From NCBI GenBank assembly GCA_031263105.1, contig JAISGJ010000070.1, positions 1 through 36,594 of the forward strand: a stretch of 36,594 nucleotides of DNA, read 5' to 3'. Shown here piece by piece: positions 1 through 8,295 of this stretch; position 1 is the first letter of the stretch; every line of letters begins with the position of its first letter. Under the pieces are notes generated by a model, which worked only from the letters and a program-made list of their open reading frames with translations, was not told the origin of the DNA and ran no database searches. A program made the translations under genes and the position numbers. The stretch comes from Coriobacteriales bacterium. GTDB taxonomy: Bacteria; Actinomycetota; Coriobacteriia; Coriobacteriales; UBA8131.

Positions 1-182
1 GGACGGATTGCCCCGGGTCAAGGCGGGAACAGGTGGCCCTACTTGTGGTAATGCCGCCTGTTCCCAACGCAGAGCCGGGGCAATCTGACCGCAGGATACG
101 TACAAGTTATTGCTTTACAGTTCCTAAAGGACAAACGTGGCAGCCCTTGTCAAAGCGTCGCGGTTGTCAGCCGCATTTTGCC

Positions 183-1685
183 TCATCCCCTGTTGTTGTG
201 CACCAGGTCCAGCAGTTCCTGCTTGGAGTGGACACCGGTCTTGGCGTAGATGCGCTTGGCATGGGTCTTGATGGTGTTGATGGAGACGAACTGCTGTTCG
301 GCGATGTAGGCGTAACTGCGGCCTTGTATCAGGTAGAAGAGCACTTCGGACTCACGCGCCGAGAACGCAAAGCGGGCAGTGAGGTCGCGGCAGACCTCGG
401 ATAGCACGATGTCTGCTGCCTTGCTCGCCAAGACGGGCTGGCGTTGGGTGAGTACGACCATCTGCACCGCCACCGCCACCAGGTAGATCACCTTGAAGCC
501 CAAGTCGGCGGAGCTTGCGCCGTCCGGGCCGAGCTGAGGCCAGATGCCGAACCAGACCAGGAAGACACCGGCGGCAAGGGCGATAAAGAGCCCGTAGACG
601 AACATGGGCGAGAGCCCGTTGCGTACCTCGCTGCTCAGCCGGGACAGGTGCAGGCAGCCGCAGACCGCCGCCGAGAACCCCATCGGCGCGAACGAGAACA
701 CACCGCTGGTCTCGCCCCAGCTGCGCATGAACCAGACCAGCACCATGCTGGCGACACAGACCAGAGGCAGCACGAGATAGAGGATGCGCACAGTCTCGTC
801 ACGCAGCAACCAGACGGCGACCAACAGCAGCACCGCCCCGAGCAAAAAGCCGATGACCGAATCCGAGGTGTCCGGCACGCCCCAGCCTGTTGCGCCCTGC
901 GCAAGCAACGGGTTCCAAACGCCTGCGGCAACGGTGACGCTGAGCAGAAAGCCGCAGACGATCACCCAGTTGCGACCGAGCATCCCTCTCGCCTGTTCCG
1001 GCAGCGGCTCTTTCCTGCCCTCAACTGCTGGCTCGTCGTCCGGCACTGCCAAAGCCGCAGCCGCCGCAGAATCCTTCTCTGCGGCTTCTGTGACGTCAGC
1101 CTCGGCAGTCTGCTGCGTCGGCGCAAAGGTGGAAACCAGCAATGCCAACGGCAGGATCGCCTGCACCGCCAGACCGGAAAACCGAGAGTCGGCGAACAAA
1201 GGCAAAAGCACAATGAGGACTTTGACCGCACCGGCCGCCATGCAGGCGACGGACAGCGACCGCAGAAGCAGCCGTTCCGGCAGGCGGGAGAGGGACAGGC
1301 ACCACGCCAGGCTGACGGCGGCGATGCCGAAGCCGCACGCCATACCACAGACGTCGGCGAGGACTCTGGGGAACCCGACATCAGACAGCGGCCAAGCGAC
1401 GGCAAATCCGACAGCTGCCAGCACCCCGCCAAAGCGCAGCCAGGCAGCCGAAGCTGGCCGACGTTGGCCTGTAAAGGCCCCATAGATGGTGTAGAGCAGG
1501 CAGAGGACGATGATGGACGCTACGGTCGCCACGAAGAAGCTGAGGGCAAAGCCACTGTCCGGCAGCAAGGGAAGCAGCACGTGCACGCCGTCCATGCAGA
1601 CCAGCAGCGCCGCCACCAAGCCACCAAGCGGCAGATATCTGATGATGCTTGCTCCCATTTTTTCCACCCGCTCATCCTTTTCCAC
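183..1685 (-). CDS. Transmembrane LuxR-family transcriptional regulator (multi-TM sensor + C-terminal HTH)
   Basis: About 12 hydrophobic segments followed by the LuxR HTH (FSARESEVLFYLIQGRSYAYIAEQQFVSINTIKTHAKRIYAKTGVHSKQELLDL). The start could be GTG 1685 or ATG 1658. Confidence 0.92.
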   Translation of the reverse strand: MEKDERVEKMGASIIRYLPLGGLVAALLVCMDGVHVLLPLLPDSGFALSFFVATVASIIVLCLLYTIYGAFTGQRRPASAAWLRFGGVLAAVGFAVAWPLSDVGFPRVLADVCGMACGFGIAAVSLAWCLSLSRLPERLLLRSLSVACMAAGAVKVLIVLLPLFADSRFSGLAVQAILPLALLVSTFAPTQQTAEADVTEAAEKDSAAAAALAVPDDEPAVEGRKEPLPEQARGMLGRNWVIVCGFLLSVTVAAGVWNPLLAQGATGWGVPDTSDSVIGFLLGAVLLLVAVWLLRDETVRILYLVLPLVCVASMVLVWFMRSWGETSGVFSFAPMGFSAAVCGCLHLSRLSSEVRNGLSPMFVYGLFIALAAGVFLVWFGIWPQLGPDGASSADLGFKVIYLVAVAVQMVVLTQRQPVLASKAADIVLSEVCRDLTARFAFSARESEVLFYLIQGRSYAYIAEQQFVSINTIKTHAKRIYAKTGVHSKQELLDLVHNNRG

Positions 1686-1871
1686 CCGTTCATCCTACCT
1701 CATCCGCCCTTTCTCGGCAGTGTGAACCCATGGGTTCGCCACAATCACCCGTTTTGGCGACTAGCCTTGACGCCTCTCGCCCGCACGGGCGACAGACCGC
1801 AGGTGCCTGTGGGCGTACATTGCAAGGAATCGGGAGCCGCATGGGCTTCCAGGGAATTGAAGGAGGAGACA

Positions 1872-3560
1872 ATGGAACTCGACCGAAGAATGTTCATCAA
1901 AAGCTCGCTGGCGGCGGGAGCGGCAGCGCTCGCCGGTGGGGCCGTGCTGGCTGGCTGCACGCCACAGTCCGGTGGCGACGGCACGGCGGGCGGCGATGCG
2001 GCAGGTGCAGGCACGGGAGCCGACCCGGGCGGCTCGACATCCACAGAGTACGTCCCCAGCTACATGCGGCGCGATCCTGTGGGCGAGCCAGAGGAGACCG
2101 TTACCGCAGATTTCGTTATCTGCGGCGGCGGCGGCTGTGGTGTGGCAGCCCTGCTGCAAGCCGACGACTTGGGCCTCAACGCCATCCTTCTGGAGAAGAA
2201 GCAGAGCCTGGGCGGCACCTTCGCCTTTGCGGCCGTGGGTTTCTTCCCAAACAACAAGTATGCCATAGAGGTCGGCAAGGAGGTTGACTACAACGACCTG
2301 ATCAAGACCATCATGACCTACAACCATTACATCCCCGACTACACATTGTTGAAGAACTTCATGAACGAATGCCCCGAGACCTTTGACTGGTGTGAAAGTC
2401 TTGGCGGCCAGTTCATGTATATGGCTCCGCAGGAAGGAGCGATGGGGCCCTTCGGCTTGGGCGTGAACGCAATGTATGCCGGCGAATCGGATGGAGCAGG
2501 CACAGGCGGCGGCGCAGCGCTCATCAAGGTCCTGATCGGCGAGGCCGAGAGGCGCGGGCTGGACGTTCGTTGCGACACCCCGGCCAAGGAGCTTGTCCAG
2601 GATGAGAGTGGCGCGGTCACCGGTGTTCTGGCAGTTGACGACAGCGGCAAGGTCATCAAGTTCGAAGCACCGGCAGTGCTGCTCTGCACCGGCGGCTGGG
2701 GCAACAACCCCGACTTCATCCGCGAGCTGGGCCGCGTCGATCCCGATCGCGTCATCTCGCCCGGGTACGACGGAAGGGACGGCGATGGCGTATACATGGC
2801 ACGCAAGGCCGGAGCAGCCTGGGCCCGAGGCGATGGAACCATGATGTTTTACGGCCCACACCTGCCCGGGCCCATATGGGGCGAGGCCGTGAGCAATGGC
2901 GTCTATCAGCCTACACTCTGGGTCAACGAGAAGGGCAGGCGTTTCATGAACGAGGGCTTGGGCAACTTCGCCGAGACCGGCAACGCCATCCGCGACGTCA
3001 AGCGGTTGTTCGTCATCCAGTCTGCTGCCGATATCGACATCATCACAGCCGACAACGGCATAGCCGGCTTCAACGGGCAGGGTGGCAGCGAGGGCCCGCA
3101 AGACAAGTACAAGACCTTGCTGGAGGAGGAGATCGCCCGCGGCAACGACCGCATCTACGTCGCAGACACCATCGAAGCCTTGGCGATGGCCGCTGGCATC
3201 GATGCGGCAAGCCTCCAGGCGACCGTCGATCGTTACAACGAGCTTGTGGCGAAGGGCGTCGACGAAGACTTCCAGAAAGGCCCACAGTACCTGACCGCCT
3301 GCGAGGAAGGGCCCTTCCACGCCTTTGAGTGCGACGACGGCTTCTTCACCACCATCGGCGGCGTGAAAATCGACGAGGATATCTGCGCAATCGATGACAA
3401 CGGCGACGTCATCGAGGGGCTGTATGTGGCTGGCTGCGACACCGGCGCCCTCTGCGGCGATATCTACGACTTCACCTCGGCCCCCGGCGAGCAAAGCTCC
3501 TGGGCCCTGGCCTCCGGCCGCCTGGTGGCAAAGCACGTCGCCGCCAAATTGAAAGGGTAG
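1872..3560 (+). CDS. Tat-exported FAD-binding flavocytochrome c / fumarate-reductase-superfamily lipoprotein, substrate unknown
   Basis: RBS AAGGAGGAG before ATG 1872; twin-arginine DRRMFIK; lipobox LAGC; GGGGCG FAD motif; LCTGGW, TTIGGVKID and GLYVAG motifs. True start lies inside the listed 444..3560 ORF. Confidence 0.9.
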   Translation: MELDRRMFIKSSLAAGAAALAGGAVLAGCTPQSGGDGTAGGDAAGAGTGADPGGSTSTEYVPSYMRRDPVGEPEETVTADFVICGGGGCGVAALLQADDLGLNAILLEKKQSLGGTFAFAAVGFFPNNKYAIEVGKEVDYNDLIKTIMTYNHYIPDYTLLKNFMNECPETFDWCESLGGQFMYMAPQEGAMGPFGLGVNAMYAGESDGAGTGGGAALIKVLIGEAERRGLDVRCDTPAKELVQDESGAVTGVLAVDDSGKVIKFEAPAVLLCTGGWGNNPDFIRELGRVDPDRVISPGYDGRDGDGVYMARKAGAAWARGDGTMMFYGPHLPGPIWGEAVSNGVYQPTLWVNEKGRRFMNEGLGNFAETGNAIRDVKRLFVIQSAADIDIITADNGIAGFNGQGGSEGPQDKYKTLLEEEIARGNDRIYVADTIEALAMAAGIDAASLQATVDRYNELVAKGVDEDFQKGPQYLTACEEGPFHAFECDDGFFTTIGGVKIDEDICAIDDNGDVIEGLYVAGCDTGALCGDIYDFTSAPGEQSSWALASGRLVAKHVAAKLKG

Positions 3561-3601
3561 CCTCCTCTCTGGCGTGACGCTGGGGCTGTCGGGCTGCCTT
3601 C

Positions 3602-5647
3602 CTAGGTCATCAGCTCGCTGACGGCCTGGGCGTAGGCGAGGGGGTCGTCGACGTCGAGGCCTTCGATGAGGAGGGCCTGGTTGTAGAGGATGGTCGCATA
3701 GCGCCCGATCTTCTCCGCATCGCCCTCCGCCTCGGCGGCTACGAGTGTGGAGAAGACCGGGTGCTCGGGGTTGAGTTCCAGCACACGGCTGGTGCGGGGG
3801 AACTGGCCTTCGGGCCCGGCGGAGAGCACCTTCTCCATCTCCAGCGAGAGAGGGCCCTCGGCGCTGATGCCGGCGGCGACGTCGGCCAGCCGTGTGGAGA
3901 CGGTGACTTTTGCGACCTTCTCGCCCAGCGCCTCCCTCAGGGCATCGAGCAGCTTCTCGTGCTCGCTGGCGAGGGTTTCCCGTTGCTGCCTCTCCTCCTC
4001 GGTCTCCAGCCCCAGGTCGCTTGACGCAACGCTCTTCAGCGGTTTCTCGTCGTAGGCGGCCATGACGCTCATGCAGAAGTCGTCGACGTCCTGCGTGCAG
4101 AGCAGCACGTCGTAGCCACGGTCCCGCACGCTCCTGACCATCGGCATCTTGGTCAGGAGCGCCTCGTTGTCGCCGACCGCGTAGTAGATGGCCTCCTGGC
4201 CCGAGGGCGCGGCGTCCAGATACTCGCGCAGCGTGACCATCTTCTCCTCTTTGGCCGAGTAGTACAGCAGCAGGTCTGCCAGCGTCGAGGCCAGTGCGCC
4301 GTAACTGGCGTAGATGCCGTATTTGATGCCGCGACCGAAGCACTCGAAGATGCCCTCGTAGCACTCGCGGTCCTCGCTGCAAAGCGTGCCCAGTTCGCTG
4401 ACGATCTTCTTCTCGATGCGTTTGGCGATGGCGCGCAGCTGGCTGTTGTGCTGAAGCGTCTCGCGCGAGATGTTGAGGTTGAGGTCGGCCGAGTCCACCA
4501 CGCCGCGCACGAAGTTGAAGTGGTCGCTGAGCAGGTCGCCGCACCTCTCCATGATGAGGACGTTCGAGCTGTAGAGCGCGAGGCCCTTCTCGAAATCCTT
4601 GTTGTAGAGGTCGTAGGGCGCGTGCGCCGGGACAAAGAGCAGCGCGTCATAGGACAGGGTGCCCTCGGCCCGCAGCGTGAAGGTCGCGGCCGGTGCCATG
4701 TAGTCGTGGAAGTCGCCCTTGTAGAACTCGGCGTACTCCTCGTCGCTCACGTCGGCCTTGGCGCGCTTCCAGATGGGCGTCATGGAGTTGAGCGTCTCTG
4801 TCTCCTGGTAGTCCTCGTATTCGACCTTGGCATCGGCGGGGGCGGCGGGGGCGGGGGCGCTCTCGTCTGCGGCCTCGACCCCGACCCCGGCCACCGACCG
4901 TGACTTGGTGACCTCCATGCGCACAGGGTAGCGCACGTAGTTGCTGTACTTCCTCACAAGGCGCCGCAGTTCATGCTCGCTCAAAAAGGCATCGTACTTC
5001 TCCTCCTCGGCATCCGGCTTGAGCGTGAGGATCACATCGGTGCCGTGCCCGTCGCGTGTGGCGGGAGCGATGGTGTAGCCCTCGACGCCGTCGCTTTCCC
5101 AGGCCCAGGCCTCGTCGCTGCCATAGGCGCGTGAGACCACGCGCACCTTGGAGGCGACCATGAAGCTGGAGTAGAAGCCCACGCCGAACTGGCCGATGAT
5201 GTCGATGGGGTCGCCTGCGGGAGCGGAGGCGCCTGCGGGGGCGGCAGGGTCGCCGGAGGCGGGCGAGGCGCTGCCGGTTGACGGGCCGCCCTTCTCCCCG
5301 TCCTTCTCCACGGCTGCGCCCGCCGCAGCGCCCGCAAGGCCCTCGCGGAACTCCAGGCTGCCGGAGTGCGCGATGGTGCCGAGGTTCTTGTCCAGCGCGT
5401 CCTTGCTCATGCCGATGCCGTTGTCGCTGACGGTGACGGTGCGCGCCTCGCGGTCGAAGGACAGCTCGATGCCCAGCTTTGAGCGCACGACCCCGATGGA
5501 GGAGTCGGTGAGGCTGGCGAGGTAGAGCTTGTCCGCCGCATCCGAGGCGTTTGAGATCAGCTCGCGCAGGAATATCTCATGATTGGTATAAATTGAATTG
5601 ATCATCAGGTCGAGCAGCCGACGGCTTTCCGTCTTGAACTTCTTCAT
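3602..5647 (-). CDS. htpG: Hsp90 chaperone HtpG
   Basis: IFLRELISNASDA, DNGIGM, NLGTIAHSG, IGQFGVGFYS and LNISRETLQ motifs; two Ala/Pro-rich loop insertions. Confidence 0.97.
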   Translation of the reverse strand: MKKFKTESRRLLDLMINSIYTNHEIFLRELISNASDAADKLYLASLTDSSIGVVRSKLGIELSFDREARTVTVSDNGIGMSKDALDKNLGTIAHSGSLEFREGLAGAAAGAAVEKDGEKGGPSTGSASPASGDPAAPAGASAPAGDPIDIIGQFGVGFYSSFMVASKVRVVSRAYGSDEAWAWESDGVEGYTIAPATRDGHGTDVILTLKPDAEEEKYDAFLSEHELRRLVRKYSNYVRYPVRMEVTKSRSVAGVGVEAADESAPAPAAPADAKVEYEDYQETETLNSMTPIWKRAKADVSDEEYAEFYKGDFHDYMAPAATFTLRAEGTLSYDALLFVPAHAPYDLYNKDFEKGLALYSSNVLIMERCGDLLSDHFNFVRGVVDSADLNLNISRETLQHNSQLRAIAKRIEKKIVSELGTLCSEDRECYEGIFECFGRGIKYGIYASYGALASTLADLLLYYSAKEEKMVTLREYLDAAPSGQEAIYYAVGDNEALLTKMPMVRSVRDRGYDVLLCTQDVDDFCMSVMAAYDEKPLKSVASSDLGLETEEERQQRETLASEHEKLLDALREALGEKVAKVTVSTRLADVAAGISAEGPLSLEMEKVLSAGPEGQFPRTSRVLELNPEHPVFSTLVAAEAEGDAEKIGRYATILYNQALLIEGLDVDDPLAYAQAVSELMT

Positions 5648-5707
5648 AGGTGGTGCCCTTTCTCCTTTTCCGGACGCAGACGTGTCGATGCTTCACATGA
5701 GATTGTA

Positions 5708-6070
5708 CGTTACTGTGGTCACACCCTCCACTGTCATTCCGAGCCCCACTGTCATTCCGAGCCCCACTGTCATTCCGAGCCCCACTGTCATTCCGAGCCC
5801 CGCTGCCGCCCCGGGCCCCGCTGCCATTCCGAGCCCCACTGTCATTCCGAGCCTCGCGAGGAATCTTCGGCTGCGAAGCAGCCGAGCGCGGACAGGTGCG
5901 CCTCCCGATCGCAGTTGATCGCTTCGCGATCAAAGATTCCTCGACAGGCTCGGAATGACAGCGGGGCCCGGGGCGGCAGCGGGGCCCGGGGCGGCAGCGG
6001 GGCCCGGGGCGGCAGCGGGGCCCGGGGCGGCAGCGGGGCCCGGGGCGGCAGCGGGGTGTGACCTGTAACG
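5708..6070. mobile_element. Palindromic MITE/REPIN-like element, copy A, with tandemly expanded arms
   Basis: Termini CGTTAC..GTCACACCC / GGGTGTGAC..GTAACG. Left arm has 7 x 18-nt units (CACTGTCATTCCGAGCCC and variants) from 5729. Right arm is GATTCCTCGACAGGCTCGGAATGACAG plus 5 x 18-nt inverted variant units. Flanked by ATTGTA direct repeats (5702-5707, 6071-6076). Confidence 0.8.
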
Positions 6071-6098
6071 ATTGTATTCACCTTCGCCCCGCTGTCAA
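6071..6098 (-). promoter_or_regulatory. Sigma-70-type promoter for htpG
   Basis: Minus strand reads TTGACA-16 nt-TACAAT, pointing toward htpG. Confidence 0.7.
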
Positions 6099-6119
6099 CC
6101 TGGCGCCTGGCAGAATGAC

Positions 6120-6143
6120 GTTAGTTATGATAGACTAACTTAT
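6120..6143. promoter_or_regulatory. Putative DtxR/IdeR-family metal-repressor operator
   Basis: TTATGATAGACTAACTTAT (6125-6143) matches TTAGGTTAGCCTAACCTAA at 14/19 positions. It overlaps the dyad GTTAGT-N8-ACTAAC and lies upstream of the AraC gene of an Fe-chelate uptake cluster. Confidence 0.5.
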
Positions 6144-6219
6144 GGATACTTCCGGAGGCCGGAGGCCTCGCCAGCGTGAAGAGCGAAAAGGCACCGGTTG
6201 GGGACGTTGGAGAGTGAGT

Positions 6220-7104
6220 ATGACCGTAGACACAGACGAGCTTGCTGAGTACTATGCCAGCACCCAGCCGTCTTTGTGCGACGCGTATGGAGGGGTCGTG
6301 CCGCCAAGGACGGATTTTTCTGACCCTATCACCAGTCCGGTGGGCAGTGGGCTTGTCATACCGCTGCTCGGCAGGGCGCACTATGTGCTCGATGGGGTGC
6401 CTTACGAGCTTAAGCCGGGGGTCGTCCTGCACGCTGGGGCTGCCATGAGCCTGGAGAAGCGGGTTGTGGGTGACGAGGCATGGGCCTGCGTCCTGGTGCA
6501 CTACCGCATCCCCACAGCCGACGAGGGCGGCTTTCCTCTCTACAACTCGCACTTCTGCATCGAGACCGGTCCTGCCATCCGCTTGCAGGAGAGGGCACGA
6601 TGCCTCCACACGAGCGAACGTGCCGACGGGCATCTGGCGTCGTTGCGGTCGCGGGCCCTGTTCGCCGATCTGATCGGGGAGGTGGTGTCGGCGGCGCAGC
6701 GTCACGGCCAGACCGACGAGAGGCTGCTCATGGACGATGCCCTCGCCTTCTTGGGCAGTCACTATGCGGAGGATATAAGCGTCCAGCGGCTCGCGGCCCT
6801 CTACGGGATGAGCGCCAGGCACTTCGGCTACCTGTTCTCCAAGCACGTCGGGGTGTCCCCGCTGCGCCATCTCACCGACCTGCGCATACGCCAGGCCAAG
6901 GAACTGCTCGCCACGGGCCTGTACAGCGTGGGGCAGGTCGCCCAAAGTGTCGGCATCAATGACAGCTACTATTTCAGCCGGCTGTTCAAAAAGCATACGG
7001 GCGAGCGGCCAAAGGCCTTCAAGGAGCTTCGGATGCGCACAGGGCACGGTGGAGATGCAAAGCACGGTGGGCACGGTGGGCACGCAGGGCACGGCGAGCG
7101 CTAA
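6220..7104 (+). CDS. AraC-family transcriptional regulator with His/Gly-rich C-terminal tail
   Basis: N-terminal cupin-like region and AraC double HTH (LAALYGMSARHFGYLFSKHVGVSP...VAQSVGINDSYYFSRLFKKHTG). GGAG precedes ATG 6220; ATG 6142 overlaps the operator-like site. Confidence 0.92.
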   Translation: MTVDTDELAEYYASTQPSLCDAYGGVVPPRTDFSDPITSPVGSGLVIPLLGRAHYVLDGVPYELKPGVVLHAGAAMSLEKRVVGDEAWACVLVHYRIPTADEGGFPLYNSHFCIETGPAIRLQERARCLHTSERADGHLASLRSRALFADLIGEVVSAAQRHGQTDERLLMDDALAFLGSHYAEDISVQRLAALYGMSARHFGYLFSKHVGVSPLRHLTDLRIRQAKELLATGLYSVGQVAQSVGINDSYYFSRLFKKHTGERPKAFKELRMRTGHGGDAKHGGHGGHAGHGER

Positions 7105-7220
7105 GAACGCGAAAACGTCCATTCTCTGCGGGAATCCGTCCATTTACATAACGCCAGCTTCTTACTACACTGCCCTTACCCCGACCCATAGTCATACAAA
7201 CGTGACTCTTGTGCCATAGG

Positions 7221-7236
7221 GTTAGATAACTCTAAC
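7221..7236. promoter_or_regulatory. Dyad GTTAGA-TAAC-TCTAAC upstream of the transporter operon, possible operator
   Basis: Perfect 6-bp inverted repeat sharing GTTAG/CTAAC half-sites with the 6120 site, just upstream of the RBS of 7258. Confidence 0.4.
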
Positions 7237-7257
7237 AAAGGAAAGACGAGGGATCGA

Positions 7258-8295
7258 ATGAGTCGTTTTATCAGAGGTATGCTGGCTGCCCTGCTCGCGG
7301 CAGGGATGCTGGTGGGCTGCGCTGCGCCTTCGGAGCCTTCGGAGCAGGAGCCGCAGAAGCAAACGGCAGACGAGGGGCAGGCGACCGACCGGGCGGCGGC
7401 GCAAACGACGGCTGACGAGCAGACGCAGGAGGATGCGGCGGAGGATGCGACCGCCTGGCCACGCACCTATGTGGACGGGCTTGACAGAGAGGTTGTCATC
7501 GAGGCCAGACCCGAGCGCATCGTTGCGCTGCACTTCGGCTACTCGGAGTACCTGCTGGCACTCGGCATCACGCCCGTCGGCGTGGCGTCGCTGGCAAAGG
7601 CCCAGACCTTCAAGACCCTGGAGCCCTACAGCGCCGAGCTTGCGGCCGCCGTCGACGTGGGCGAGGTCACCGCCCCCGACCTGGAACGCATCCTGGCCCT
7701 GGAGCCCGACCTCATCATCGCGAGCCCGGGCGTGCACGACGATTCCGTAGAGGCGCTTTCGGAGATTGCGCCCACGGTCTTTAAGAAGAACTACACCGTT
7801 TGGAACGAGACCTTGGACGATTACGCACAGATGCTCGGACGCGAGAGCGAGGCGGAAAGCTACACCGAGAGCACCCAGGCAATCCTGGACACGGTTCGCG
7901 CCGACCTTGCCCCCCTCTCGGACAAGACCTTCCTCTTCCTGCGCCCGATGGGCAAATCCGTCTTCTATATCGCGGAATGGCCCGGCTACAGCTACCACTA
8001 CGACCGCGAAACGGGCTTTGGCCTGCTCGCGCCCGAGGGACTGCCGCAGGGCGGGGAACAGATAGCTCTTGAGGCCTTGGCCGCCCTTAACCCCGACTAC
8101 CTCTTCTTGCAGGACAGCGCCGAGAACGACCAGCAGGCCCTCACGGATCTGGAGTCCTCAAGCGTGTGGGCCTCCATCGCCGCCGTGCAGCAGGGCCACA
8201 TAGGCGAGTTGGATATCTCGGTGAACACCGAAAGCCCGCTGGCCGTCCGCCTGGCGGCCGAGCAGCTCACCGAGCAGGTCGAGGGCTGGGATTGA
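7258..8295 (+). CDS. Fe-siderophore/cobalamin-type ABC substrate-binding lipoprotein (FeuA/FhuD-like)
   Basis: Lipobox LVGC; PERIVAL, LLALGITPVGV, PDLERILALEPDLII, LSEIAPT and SSVWASIAAVQQGHI motifs. Confidence 0.92.
   Translation: MSRFIRGMLAALLAAGMLVGCAAPSEPSEQEPQKQTADEGQATDRAAAQTTADEQTQEDAAEDATAWPRTYVDGLDREVVIEARPERIVALHFGYSEYLLALGITPVGVASLAKAQTFKTLEPYSAELAAAVDVGEVTAPDLERILALEPDLIIASPGVHDDSVEALSEIAPTVFKKNYTVWNETLDDYAQMLGRESEAESYTESTQAILDTVRADLAPLSDKTFLFLRPMGKSVFYIAEWPGYSYHYDRETGFGLLAPEGLPQGGEQIALEALAALNPDYLFLQDSAENDQQALTDLESSSVWASIAAVQQGHIGELDISVNTESPLAVRLAAEQLTEQVEGWD

Noticed and set aside
444..1871. N-terminal extension of the flavoprotein to 1038 aa
   Set aside because: It overlaps the LuxR gene antisense; the RBS and Tat signal define the start at 1872.
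1872..3560. Fumarate reductase assignment
   Set aside because: The catalytic His/His/Arg motifs are not recognisable.
5577..6081. Repeat-peptide ORFs (TVIPSP, ARNDSG, PPRAPL repeats)
   Set aside because: These are translations of the 18-nt tandem units of the element, with no evidence of being genes.
5648..6120. CIRCE (HrcA) operator upstream of htpG
   Set aside because: No TTAGCACTC-N9-GAGTGCTAA match seen.
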